Made by a program: the position numbers and the translations under genes. From the NCBI GenBank assembly GCA_973851085.1, contig OZ316775.1:9920001-9984000 (forward strand): a DNA stretch of 64,000 bases, in the 5' to 3' direction. Under the pieces are notes generated by a model. It did not search any database, was not told where the DNA came from, and worked only from the letters and a program-made list of their open reading frames with translations. Shown here piece by piece: positions 1-13,411 of this stretch. Numbering within the stretch: the first letter of the stretch is position 1; the number at the start of each line of letters is the position of its first letter. The stretch comes from Ptychomitrium polyphyllum (Eukaryota).

Positions 1-189
1 CTCATATTCCCTTTACAACCAATCATTATCCTCTTATTGAGACATGCACCTAAACTTTGGATCAAAATCCACTCAAAATCCTTTGTATGGAAAGAACCCT
101 ACAGCCAACGGTCTCATCCTCCAAGCAAAGTACAACTCGGGTCTGAAGGGTTAGAGCCCAAGCTCTCCAGTGTGAACAGGCCCTTACCG

Positions 190-385
190 TGGGCCAACAC
201 GAAATACAAAGGTGTGAACCGCAATCGACGGAGGACAAAGGAGCGCCGTGCGAAAGGGGCAGTGAAACAGGGGAACGTGACCTAGAACGAGGAACCGAAC
301 GATGGGGAGAGAAACCCTAAACGGGAGGGAGGGGGGCCGTATGAAGCCCTAGCTGGGCCAAACTCTTGCTCTCTTCCTCGCTCGC
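190..385 (+). promoter_or_regulatory. Ribosomal-protein-type promoter: telo-box AAACCCTAA (312-320), site II-like TGGGCC motifs, pyrimidine-rich (TOP-like) start region
   Basis: AAACCCTAA at 312-320, TGGGCC near 191 and 354, CT-rich tract about 364-385 upstream of the RPL17 ATG. Telo-box plus site II is the known architecture of plant translation-machinery promoters. Confidence 0.6.
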
Positions 386-438
386 ACTCGGCCCTGCTCT
401 CGCTCCGCCCGGCGCATCTACACCTCCAGCCTCTCACC

Positions 439-1963
439 ATGGTTCGTTCCGCGAGCCGTTCTGCTTGTTTCCATTCGTCATTCTTGTTTCTGTTGTTGCT
501 CAAGTCTTTCTTCACGCGGTTCTTGTGGCTGCCGCTTGCGCGCTCTTCTGCGGCAGCCGTTCCGTTTAGGGTTTCATTCCGCTTCGTGGTGCCGACACCT
601 TTCATGGGGTCGGAGTGATGGGTTTTTTTGGATGCCGTGTGGTTGTTGAGTGGGCTGGCGAGGTTTAGGGTATAGCTGGCTGTTTGAGTACCCTATGGCT
701 TGTCGGGGAGTTGGTTTGGGTCGGTGGTTGTAGTTTTAGGGTTTGTAGGGTTTGTCGTGTTTTTTAAAGAGAGCAAGGTTTTGGTTGTTCTTGCGGGTAC
801 GTGTGTTTGAATCTGATGTTGGAAGGGGTGTGATGTGATCTTGTTTTGTGCAGGTGAAGTACGCGAGGGATCCAGACAATTCGACCAAGGGTGAGTCGTC
901 CTCCTGGCTGATATATGTTATGGGTTTGGGATGGCTTTGCTCCCTGGGTGAGGGGTTGATGTTATGTAGTCGAAAGTCGAGTTTTGAGGATTGATTTCTC
1001 ACATGGATGTGTTGTTTTTGGTATGATTACAGCCTGCAAGGCCAGGGGGTCTGATTTGCGAGTGCACTTCAAGGTACAGTTTTCTTGGTTTCCACTTCTG
1101 TGTATCGTGTGGGCAAGCATTTGGCATTTGACATTTTAGGGTTTAGACTCAGAAGTGAGGTGGTATGCAACGAATGGGTTACGATATGGCTGCGGGAAAT
1201 GCCAGTAAATTGACAGCATGTTGTTTCCTGATCCAGAACACCAGAGAGGCAGCGCAAGCCATCAAGCATATGGAGTTGGCGAAGGCCAAGAGGTACCTTG
1301 AGGACGTGTGCGCTCACAAGCAAGCCATCCCGTTTCGTAGGTTCTGCGGTGGTGTGGGGCGTACTGCTCAGGCGAAGGCCCGCCACTCGAATGGTCAGGG
1401 ACGCTGGCCAGTGAAGTCAGCCCAGTTCTTGCTGGGTCTGTTGAAGAACGCCGAGAGCAACGCAGAGGTGCGTAGTGGGGAGTAAAGTTGATGTTAAGTA
1501 ATATGTTGAGAAATCAACATGGATTGAATTTTCATTGATCGGGTATTTAGGGGACTAGCCAGGGGATTGAAACAAATATGGCTATTTTTTATGATGTGCA
1601 GGTGAAGGGTCTGGACGTGGACACTCTGTGCGTATCTCACATTCAAGTGAACCAAGCACAGAGGCAGCGCAGGCGTACTTACCGTGCTCACGGACGTATC
1701 AACCGTAAGTGTTATTTTCCTGATTTTCTGAATTTAATCGCCCATTTGTCATTTGTTCTTTTGCTATCTAAGGCAGTATTCTCAGTGGTACTGAAAGTTG
1801 GGTTGGCTGGGATATTGCAGCTTACATGTCCTCTCCTTGCCACATTGAGCTGATCCTTTCTGAGAAGGAGGCTCCGGTAAAGAAGGAAGCGGAAGAGGTT
1901 GCTGCACCACGCAAGAAGAACCAAGGACGTCTGCGCAGCGGCGCCACTTCTGCCACGGCTTAG
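439..1963 (+). CDS. RPL17: 60S ribosomal protein L17 (uL22); exons 439-441 (ATG only), 854-890, 1033-1073, 1237-1467, 1602-1704, 1821-1963
   Basis: Spliced translation [37 protein letters not shown]...GRWPVKSA...[25 protein letters not shown]...; all introns GT-AG with consistent phases. Confidence 0.97.
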
Positions 1964-3340
1964 GATTGCCCGTGCTGATGCAGTGATGACAGACACGTTT
2001 TGTTGGGTATATCAATCAAATGAGTTTGTGAAAGATCGACTTTATCTGAAGTGTGCCTCCTGTGTGCTTGCGTAAGGGTTTTTGCATGTCTCGTCGTGCA
2101 CGAGTTGATGTTACAACATGATTAATTATCTGCCTTCGTCTAGTTGCTGTCGTCGATGTACGTGGAACTTGTTTTTCAGTGTATGGAATTTATCATTGCT
2201 TCAACGTTTCTTCGATTCACAGAGAGACTGGCACGAGTCATGACTTACAAGAACTTAAGCTAGTACGGTATCTTTAACACAATTTTACTATCCTTGTTTG
2301 ATTTTTTTTTAATGGAACAGTTTCCTGATTATGATTTGGTATCCAACACTTCAAAGGAGCTTTCATCTTTGTGGTTTGCTACTCTCTCTAATGAATATGT
2401 CACCAAATTAAGGAAGGTTATTTATGCGATACATGGTCCTGCAAGCCAGTGAAAGCTTTGATGCAACATTAGCTAGCGATCTGGACTAATATTCCACCCA
2501 CATTTCAGAGCTCTATGTAATATGACTTCACTACCTAAAATGAGGGTTTATTAAGACACTATTTTAAGACTAGCCTATTGCTTGTTGGAGTTGGAATTGA
2601 GGAAATTATGTTCAAAAGGTTGTTAATTCCGAATAGTTGTTAAATTTACTTTGGCTTTGTTAATTTGTTTAATATTTATGTTCATATCACTCTTTTTACA
2701 TTTAACAGATCACATATGATATCCTACTATCTTTCAGGAAAAGAATTCAAGGCTAGCAGAAAAAATTTAGAAAAATAAACAATAGAAAGCAAGATATTTA
2801 AAACATGTCAATTTAATGAATCAAACATTGAAATTAAGTTCATCACTCCATTTCATAAATACAAGTTGTCAATTGCAATAATCTATGGTTGTTAATTTTT
2901 TGGTAATCCAAGAAGATTTTCTAGTTTGTTTTTGTATTGAAACTATGCAAGACATATGAATTACAATGTTATATGCAAGGTCTTGGTTCTATATTAGGAG
3001 CTTTTGTAGTTTTATTTTTCTTTTATTTAAAACTATTTTTTCTTTAAAATGCTAGTAGATGGTGAAGTGAGAAGCAATTGTTTTATGCTAAGAATGTTTT
3101 AAAACCTTTATTTTTGAATTAAAGTTAAGTGTTTCAAATGATGCCAACAATATTCAAATTAATCATTGCCTCCATTATAATTTCAACTATTATTATTTTA
3201 TTTGGAAGATTCAATCTCATAATATAATTTTAAAGGTCATTGATGAATTTTTAATTTTATAGTTTGTAAAGTCAAAAATACTTTTTAAAATTTATTAAAA
3301 TTTTATAACTTTGAGTGTCAATAGCATGGACATTAAACCT

Positions 3341-3356
3341 CACACACACACACACA

Positions 3357-3387
<31 letters not shown>

Positions 3388-3396
3388 AGACATATA
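3341..3396. repeat. Compound microsatellite (CA)n(TA)n(GATATA)n
   Basis: Directly visible. Confidence 0.95.
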
Positions 3397-3719
3397 GGCT
3401 AATAAGCACCAAGCTATTACAAATTTTTCTCATCTTGTAGTGAATCTTGCATGACTTGTACAATGCTTATATGCGACTATTCTTTAGCAAATCGTCTTTA
3501 TTCTGTTCCACATTGTCCATAGGTTCTTTTTTGAATAACCGTGTTGTCATGTTCTTATTTGAAGCCCTTCTTGAAAACTTAGTTAGAACGCTTTTAAGAG
3601 CCTACATTATTCTCAACCACTTTCAATCATGCAACTTTTGTAAATCTAAATCCATGTACTCTAGGAAAATTTTAAAAATAGAGTTTTTACAACACGTAAC
3701 ACGTGACTAGAAGTCTATC

Positions 3720-4450
3720 TTGAAGCCATCTGGATGGATGCATGCATTCAATTGCTTTGTAATTTGATCTTCGTTTAGTGCCTAAAACTATGTCCTAAAG
3801 CATACTTCAAATGCCTTTGTAAAATGGCATCAGATCATTGGAAAAACCCTTGTGCAGTTTGCAGGATCAAATATGGTGCTGATGGCAGAATGATTGACAC
3901 AAGTTAGGATGTCTTGTGATTTGTGAACTATCTCAAACTCAATGATTGAAACAAGTGGAGAGTCTTGTGGCAAGTTAAGATTTTGCACCATCCCTAAGTC
4001 TGGAGAGCTTAATGGTCTTCAAAAACCTTGCTCATTGTAATATTTGTTTAATTATTTGTAGTATTGGTGATGTGTCACCACGAATCTTTACAACTTTTTC
4101 TTCCTGTATTCATGGCTGTTAAGCTATAATGTGATTTCCCAATTGAAATCACTTGAAAATGTAATGACTTGCCTCTTATCTTCTACCCCAATAAGTGCCA
4201 TACTTTTAAATCCATTTTCTTCCCAAATCTTTGTTTCTTATTTAGGCACTAAATGCTATGCTAGTTTGATTAGTATTCACAACTTATTATAAAGGAACTA
4301 GAAAGAACTTCATCAAATAGGCCATTCTTTAAATCATGCAAAGTCCTTGTTCTCTATTGTGTGGTACATTTGTGTCCTTTTTGAAATGATTGATTTAGTT
4401 CATTTCAAATAAAAATCCAAGTCCTTTTAATAAAAACCTTGAATGCAATA
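3720..4450 (-). mobile_element. Degenerate pogo-like (Tc1/mariner superfamily, DDE_1 type) transposase
   Basis: Minus-strand fragments in the expected order across stops/frameshifts: RMAYLMKFFLVPL**VVNTNQT (about 4265-4330), WEENGFKSMALIGVEDKRQV (about 4165-4225), LNLPQDSPLVSIIEFEIVHKS, IFDPANCT (PANCT 3851-3865), FQ*SDAILQRHLK. These match the N-D-Q/E-T, DKRQ, D..S.H and P..T..LQP.D motifs. No TIRs found. Confidence 0.75.
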
Positions 4451-7400
4451 AATTTTTCTTGTTTATATAAGTGGGATTATTTTCTTTTGATGAGTAAAAA
4501 GGAAAGGTTTTTAATAAATCTTGCAAAGAAGGGCTATCTTGCTTTTTTGCAAGCTTGCAAAATAATAATAATCTTTTCTTTTAATAGTAGGATACTTTAA
4601 GAAACTAGGATAATGTCTTGTTCTGTTGGTGAAATGAAGTATTTTTTCTTGAATGTAATATTTGATTTCTATAATCAAAGATTCTTCATTAAGATATAAA
4701 CCATTCTTTCAAAGAGGCTTTAAAGAGCTTTTTGTAGATAATAATTATTGGCCTCTCTTATATGATCTTCAAGTTAGTAATAAATATAGGAAAATTCTTA
4801 ATTTTTTTCATTATTGCATAGATAGGACACCAAAGTAAATGCAAGAATCAATTGATGTAGTAATTTTTTTATTTTTTTTTAATTTTTTAATTAAGGTTGG
4901 TTTTTTTCCATTGTAATTTCAAGAGCACAACATCAAGCATTTTCCAACATTTACCAAGCTTTTATACTTTTGTATTCATTGTTTTTTCTAATTCTAGTTT
5001 AGACTTTAATACAATAAGGTTAATTTTTATATTCTTCTATATCTTCTACTTGATACTTGAAGACAATATGCCACTTAAAGTATTTTGTTTATTTTTATTT
5101 TTAACCACTCTAAGCAATATTTTTAAAAAAGAATCTTATTTTTAAAATGTAAGAAATTATACAAAAAAGGAAAAGAATCTCACTAAGTGATTCTTATTGA
5201 CATTAGGATATTTAATTTAGATTAAATGAAAAAACATAATAATGGATGGAAAATTTATTTGATGATAGGAAAATATAATATACTATTCAATTCTGATTTT
5301 TCAATACAAAAAAGCCAATTCAAATTCTTTAAAGTTTAATAAAAAAAATCTAAATTTTGAAAATTGAATTATTAAATGGTGCTTCTTCAACAAAGTTGCA
5401 TTGAAGCTATGGTATAGAAATATACATTAAACTTAATATTACAAATTCCTTACTATTCCTATGTGTGTTGAATCAGAACCTAAATAAAGACATATACTTA
5501 AATTTGATATCATGAATTTATTGTTCTTCATGTAAATACTTTTCTTGGAACCTACATGTAATTACTTATTCAATTTAGTATTATGAATTTATGAAATTTT
5601 CATCAATCTTGTTATAACTCAAAAAAATATATAGTAAATTTTCTAAATATTTTTGAAAGGACTCTTAATAGTTTAAAGTTTTTTAAAATTATTCTTATTA
5701 GTTCTTTTAAAGTACCATATAGTTTTAAAATGTTTAATTTATATTTATTGGAATCTGTGCTAATAATATTTATTCTGTATTACTTAGCTTTTATAATAAA
5801 AATAATTTCTATCTTTAAACTCATGTATCCTAGTTGAGCCACAAGTACACATTAAACCTTTCAGTAATTTAACCATTTAGTCCCTAATATATAATGTCAG
5901 AGCTTCAACAATCAATCTTGACTTCATTTTTAAAACTCATAATATTTCCAAATAAACTATCTAATTCCAATTGCATTAAGCAAGACAAAAACAATCAAAA
6001 CAAAGCTATGGTTGCAAATTTTATTATGCCATTAGTAAAATAAGCTCTTCAAAAATTTTAAACACAAAGTGAAAAAAAATATTTCCAAAAAACATAAAGA
6101 AAAAAGATAGTTAAATATAACATGGATAGTACTAATTATATAATTGTATAATCTATAATTATATAATGAAAGCTTGATTTAAACCATGTTACAAATATAT
6201 AAAAGATTCTATATAAAAAGTAATGCAATCATTTTGTAACCTTTATCTTCAATCCATTCCATTAGCTTGTGGAAAAGATGAAGAACATATTGTTGTACAA
6301 TAGTTGGTTTAAATATGCAAAATATACACAATTCCACCATTCAATCATAGAATATAAAAAATAACTAAAATACTTGAAATAGATCTTGTTTTTACCTTTC
6401 TTATATTGTAAGTTCATGATTTAATAATATGGATTTTTTAATGCAAATACACTATCAACCAATCTAGTCAATAAGACATATTTGATATGTGGATACTTGT
6501 CTTATTGGGCCACACAAATGATTTTATAAGTTATTACTACTACAATGGCTTAGTAATCTATGATGAATATGCAACTATCTATCAACCATTATTAAATACA
6601 TAAGGCTATTAGTTGTCAATTAATTATGTAGGTTCATATCATAATGTCTAATAAGAAGCACACTTATATATTAACACTCTTTTAATATGGTTTATTTTAT
6701 TTGTATTTGTCTCAATGCCATAGTGGCAAATCTTCACAGTGACAAAGAATACAGATTTAGCAATTTTTTAATGATTTAAGCTTACAACCTCTTTTTAAAT
6801 GAATCTTTTTTACTACATAATAATTATTGTTAAATTTTTTGTTTAATAAGCATAATATCACCATTACATTCTCTAGCTCCAATCATCATTTTTGCTAAGA
6901 ACCAACATTTGTTTCCAAATGTTGAATTAATAAGGGTAGTAAAAATCCAATTTTGTAAGTGTAGGTTTTTTGCTATTTTTTTGGAAAACTCGAATATATT
7001 ACACGCCAAAATAAACTTTAAAATTCATGAAAACTCATTTTTTCTTATATTCAAAAATAATATCAATTCTTGATGTCATTATAACATTCTTAATTTATAC
7101 AAGCTTAAAAAAAAAATCTATACAAGAATTTATCAAAGCTAAATGGAAATGATGGAAAATTAAAGCATATAATGAAGAAATTAGGAACATAGGATTTTGA
7201 TGGAGTTCCTTGCTTGAATTTTTGAAATCGATAGTTTCATTGTGCCTTGCTTTAAATGGCACATGAAAGACCATATAATAAATATTCTACAATATTTATA
7301 AGGCAAGAACCATACATACATGTTAGTAATATATTGTGCCATGAATTTTAAATGATCAAAGATAGTATAATATATGCAACAAATTCGAATTTAATATAGT

Positions 7401-10400
7401 TTCTAAGAAACCAATGATGTTCAATGCAATGTTTTTTATGCAAAATAATAATCCACCTATTTAAAAAAAAGAAAGTTGTTCAATACTTGCTATAATAAAA
7501 TAAATTGCAAGTTCTATAAAAACTATTCTATTAAACTCTAATATTTGTTGCATTTAAAGAATGTGCTTCTTTGCCAATTTGGTTCCATATAATTCCATAA
7601 ATCTTGCACAATCTCCTTAGATTCTGTCCACTAATATGTTTGCAAAAAAGTAAATTTGCTAATTCAATTTCCAAATTTTAAAAATATTTATGTATATTAT
7701 ATGTGATGGTTTAAAATGATTCTAATAGTGATACCCTTAACTTTTAAATATATGTGATTGAAATAATAGTTTTTACAAGTGGGTTTTGAGTTTGGAAATG
7801 CTTTTAATGCTCTTAGGTTGGAAATAATTTCTTTATAACCTCCTTATTTAACTCAACATTTCTAAATATATGCATCAAGGTTATTTCAATTGTAACTTTA
7901 TAGTAAAATATTTTGTCATTTTTGTCATCTATTTTGTTTCATATGGTAAAACTTATTGGATTAAACTTCACATAAAAACCAATCATTATGGCTTCCTTTT
8001 ATATGAAGCTGGTTTGATGATCTCTTTCTAGAGTTATTTAAATCTTTGTGACCAATTAATCCAATTATAAGAAATACATTTTTCAAAATGAAACTGAAAG
8101 AAGATAATAATTTTGTCAAAAAATACTAGAATAAGACAAGAAGCCCACTTTTGACATGGGAAGAAGCAACCAATGATGTGAAAGTTGGAAATCAATGCAT
8201 ATAAATTAGAACCCTGACCAATCATTCATGAAACTTAATCTTAGTTCCTTTACTGAAGATCTCAAGAATTTGTAAGCAAAGTAATGCCACTAGCCCCTGT
8301 GTTTTGAAGGAGATTCCATGAACTTCTTGTATTCTTGCAAATTCCGCCTGCTCTGAGAGGGCATGGAAGGATGGAAGCTTGTCCTTGTTAGAAGGGGTTT
8401 TGAAGAAAGGGTGCTATCAAAGGGGAGTTTGCAATAGGAGGCATGATAGAAGTAGCATATGGGAAAAAAAAGCCAATCACCTTCCTTCTCCCTTGCAGTT
8501 GGTCCAACACTTTTCAAATGATTCACCTGTACTTATTGGTTTAAATACGAAAAACAACATCAACTTAGTATGATATGCATGTTATCAAGTATACATAATT
8601 CGAATGCATTTCTCATACTAAATTGACATCATTTCTGTAAGGGAAACTGATGAGTGAAACCGATAAGTAAAGAGAAACCACTACAAAGTGACGGAGAATT
8701 GGGATGGTGCCACGTCGGCACCCATGAATGCACCTAGTCCACTCAAAATATCTGTGTGCTTTCGCTCAGTCTCCTTTCCCAAGAAAAATACCTGTCCGTA
8801 GTGCTGTCACGCAGTCGGGATTCGGAAGCCCCCTCGGCAATTGTGACACAATTCACAAACGGAATTTTTATTGGAGAGCAGTCCTCCACTCATTCCATTT
8901 CATGACGCCACAGCCAAAACAACAATAGGATTACCACCGTGTCACCTGATAAACACTAAGCAACTAGAAGCATCCATTAGGAATTAGGCTCTGACTGCAA
9001 ATATCATCAGTGTAATTCTTCATCTTAGCTTTTCAACCTTTTTTCTTTCAGTATCTCAAAAGCCTCAGAAAAACAGTGACAGTAATAATAAACACCAGAG
9101 ATTCTTCTCCAACTCTCCACATGATAGCCCATGCAGACCGTATCTCCTTGGTCATCTCATCATCTCTTTGATTTGAAGAAGGCTCCTGCATGAATTTATT
9201 GCACGTCGTGGCGATGCTCACGTGACTGCTGCATGCTGCTTCTAACTCGTCATCGACATCTCTGCTATTCAATTGCGACACAACCACAAGGTATGCTGTT
9301 ACCCTCAAGTCATCACCTTTTCCTACTTTGGTTTGAGTTCACTATGCTGTGCTTAGTTTGTACAGCTACTTTTCATGTGCTTGCTGAATTGGCACTCAAC
9401 ATATAGAGTTAGCTTGATCTTGGAGATCCTGGATAGCTCTTGCTTTACAGTACTTTGAGCTGATTGTGGAGAGTTGGATATTATTAATAAAAGTTGAAAG
9501 TTGTTGCAATTAAGGAGGTTTTTCCGGTTGAGTTGGAGTTAACAGTGTTCATCAGAACGGTTTGAGTAGAAGCTGCGACATTGTGAGTATGTCACTGTTG
9601 TTATGTATTGTGCTGGTGACTGCCGCTTCTTGAGTTTGCAAAGCATCTTTCGAGTTTGTCTGCTTCTGGTTCTTGTTGACGTTTCTACTTTACGGGAATA
9701 ATTGGAGCGGAAGAGTGGTAAGTTTGACGATCGTACTGTTTTGGATCATTTTATGCCGTAGAACATGCTATCGTTGTGAGGCTTGAGCATCGTGAATTGC
9801 CGGTCGTTGTCCTTTTTGCATTGCTACTTTCGAAGTTATCCTTTTCTCGTGATTCCTTTTTCACAGGAAGCACGTACAGAAAGGCATAACCTACACGGAG
9901 GTGGTGCCCTGGTGATAAAATTGCGTTTTTCAGGTAGAACTCTAGGATCAATACACAGTTGTCCTCTGGAAATTTAAGTTGTGTATATATGTCGTCGAGT
10001 GCACGTGATCACTTGTCGCGTATGGAAGAAATTCTTTGGTATTGGGTCTAAAATTGAGATGCAATTAGTTACAGAGACTGATGTTTCTGCTTAAGATACC
10101 TTCAATGAGGAACTCGAATGAGTGGTCCTCGTAATGAACACCTGGGTGTCCACTCAAAAATAGATCTACCGACATTTTGTGCAGCAATTGATCCTTTGAA
10201 ATTCGCTTCGATTTGTGAATGTGTAAGTATGCTTGCATGTGAAGTGAAAACATTAATGGCTACTTTGCAAAGTTCAGTTCAAGAGTCTGTACCAATTGTT
10301 ACGTTTTCCTCTTCATTCTGCTGCGTTTGGGAGATATTGCTTTCTGTTGTAACGAACATGTGTATCCTGCGATGATGAAGCCCAGGTTGCGCTCAACCGA

Positions 10401-10606
10401 CAGGTTAGCTTATATTGTTGGCATAACTTTCTCATTAGATTGTACAATCAGACTCTTCTTGCGGACGCTTTCGTTATGCTTTAAAGCACTAATTGGCTAC
10501 TTGGAATCAGGAGGATTAGCTTCTGACTCATCGGATTTCGCTACCAGGACGCACATATTTCATATCCAGAAGTATCCCAAGGCTAACTGATCCAGGCTTA
10601 GCCTAA

Positions 10607-13411
10607 ATGGGTTCCCTTGGCAATGAAGTTCTGAACGAGGAGCGTCGCGTTGTAGATCTCCGATCAGATACAGTGACGAAGCCAACAGCTGCCATGCGGG
10701 AGGCTATGGCCAATGCGGAGGTAGATGATGATGTTCTTGGAGTCGACCCCACGGTGGATCAACTACAGAAACAGATTGCAAAGATAATGGGGAAGGAAGC
10801 TGGCTTATTCGTGCCCTCTGGAACCATGAGCAACCTCATTGCCGTTCTTGTGCACTGCGAGGCAAGTAATAGGTTCTTTTTGTCTTCACTGAAAATTGCT
10901 CAGATTTTGCCATCCACTGTCACCTGACATCTCAACCAGCTGAAGAATGCTTACTTTTTCTTCAAATACGCGTTGCAATATGTACCATGTGTCTCACCCA
11001 TGAATCTGATATGATTGTATTTTTGGACACTTCAGGTGAGAGGAAGCGAAACTATACTTGGAGACGAGAGCCACATTTCTGTGTACGAGCAAGGTGGAAT
11101 GTCGACACTTGGTGGTGTTCACCCAAGAACAGTTCCAAACAATCCAGATGGAACACTGGATCTTTCTAAGTTGGAAGCCGCCATCCAATATGTACTTGAC
11201 GACCACCTTCCCATCACTCGCCTTATTTGTCTCGAGAATACTCAAGCCAGGTACATCAGGATATGGTCTTTCTTTCTAGTGTAGTTGCCATAATATTAAA
11301 TCTTGTATCAAATATTGCCTGAAATTGGGCAATCTATACACGAATTGGCTGAGGAATGCATTTGTTCAATGGCGGACGTCATTTATTAGGTCTAGAATTT
11401 AACGTTCGAACTGCAGACAAACAATGAAGATTATCACATTTTGCAGATGTGGAGGGAGATGTATCTCTGCTGAGTACACTGATGAAGTGGGCAAGCTTGC
11501 CAAGTCGTACGGGCTGCAGTTGCATATCGATGGTGCCCGTATCTTCAATGCATCCATCGTAAGAGCTTCTAGTAGTCTGTATTTTGTATCTTGTACCTTG
11601 TGTCTACGGGGGAGGTTGAGTTTCTTATGTTGAATGGTCTCTGTTTTGCATCATAAGCTGTCAGAATTTTGCATACTGCATGCTGTCGAGGCAGTTTTGT
11701 GTAAATCAGTGTCAGAGCTAAGTCGTCTTCTGATTGGAACGAAGAGCTCAGAGTGTCATCCACGTTTGAAACGTCCTTCTCTTTAAAAATGATAGCCATC
11801 ATGGTCACGACAAATAACGGAACTGCAGGCACTAGGAGTTCCCCCCAAGAGGCTGGTGAGAGCAGCTGATAGCGTTTCAGTAAGTTTTCTTCTCTTAGGC
11901 TTGTTGGAACTGAGAACTTTGCTTGGCCTGTTAGATACACTACTAGTTAATCTGCCTGACCAGTCTATGTGTTGTCACGAAAGGTCTACCAAAGTCAACA
12001 GATTCTCATTGATGATTTTTCTTCACAGGTTTGTCTATCAAAAGGACTTGGAGCCCCAGTTGGCACGATTCTGGTTGGTTCTAAAGAGTTCATTATCAAG
12101 GTGATATACGAAGCTATGGATGTGACCTTGTTTTGTGATCTAGTGCACTTTGCAAAAGTCCTTGAAGATCTTGTAATAAGTAACAACTGGATAATATTCA
12201 TCTCCTCATGTTGGTCTTGGCTGCGTTTTGGCACATTGAGGGAATAGGCAAGGAGATTGAGGAAAGCTCTAGGTGGAGGAATGCGGCAGATTGGTGTTTT
12301 GGCTGGGGCAGGGTTGGTTGCTTTGCGTGATATGGTTGGTCGTCTGGAAGTGGATCATGCCAACGCACGAGTAATGGCAGGTAATTTCAAGGAGAATTTT
12401 CATGCATTTGACGGATGCATTGCGCACATTTGTAGTATTAATCAAATAAGGTGAGCTTTCTGTTTTCATTTCTTTTTATTAATACTTCTTTTAGAAAGCA
12501 TTTTCTAAGCAGCAGTGTGTGTGAATGCAGAGGGCTTGAATGCCGTTAAAGGATTGCACGTAAATATGGCGATTGTGGAGACCAATGTTGTGAGTGCATT
12601 CATCTATCTTGACATGTGGTTGTTGCTCCTGTTCGTATGTTGCTTATTTGAAGCTTGCATTAAAAAGCTGGGAATATTGAAGCAAGCAGAAGTATGATCT
12701 AGTCGAAGAAGTTTTTTTTTTTTCAATTAATTAAAAACCTGATGAGTGTGGTCAGTCATTGTATAGAATTTTTAGGTGTTTGACAAAGGAGTTACTTCTG
12801 TAGGAACATTGCCTGTTCAACTATTTACAGGATATTTGCTGTCAGCGTGACATTACTCTTGTTTGTCGAGTTAGAGAAACCTGAATTTGACTTACGCGAC
12901 AAATTAAGACTTCATTGTTGTTCTTTGAACAGTTTTTACTAGCTTGGATGATCGTCTCGTAGCTGACGCTTTTTTGGGCTCTTATGGTTTGGCAGATATA
13001 TGCAGAAGTAACAGCTGATTCCGCACTTACGAATACAGAGATTGTTGAAGCTTGGAAGGAGTACGGGGTCCTTGCACTTATCTGGGGTCGGAACATGTGA
13101 GTAAACATACATACTTTGGATGCAGGCTCTAGGTTTCATGTATGACACTTAAGCACTTGGATTTTTTCCTTCTTTCACAATGAAAGAAGGCTTAACTATT
13201 GCCTTAAAATGTGCTTCTGGGAAGTGGATCTCAACGATCTTGAAATGTGTATACTTTGGTAAATCTATGTAAGTTCAGTAACAATTCTGTTCGTGGAACT
13301 TTTGATCAAAACAGGATCCGAGTATTGACGCACTACCATATCACAGAGGACGACGTCTGTTTTGCCCTCAGTTTCTTCAAAACGACATCCCTTCAGACCA
13401 GTCGTGCGTAG
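10607..13411 (+). CDS. THA1: Low-specificity L-threonine aldolase; exons 10607-10861, 11036-11250, 11447-11558, 11829-11879, 12029-12100, 12248-12380, 12531-12589, 12996-13096, 13315-13411
   Basis: Motifs [49 protein letters not shown] (PLP lysine), [12 protein letters not shown]; phases consistent; first intron GC-AG. Confidence 0.95.

Larger units (their letters stand above)
2280..8600. repeat. Very AT-rich, CpG-poor block of degenerate repeat/transposon-derived sequence
   Basis: Abrupt compositional shift, few CG dinucleotides, no intact ORF; contains a recognisable transposase relic. Boundaries approximate. Confidence 0.6.

Noticed and set aside
1983..2049. Box C (GTGATGA) and box D (CTGA) about 65 nt apart, suggesting a C/D snoRNA
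   Set aside because: Lies 20 nt after the RPL17 stop in the 3' UTR; no convincing terminal stem or recognisable rRNA guide.
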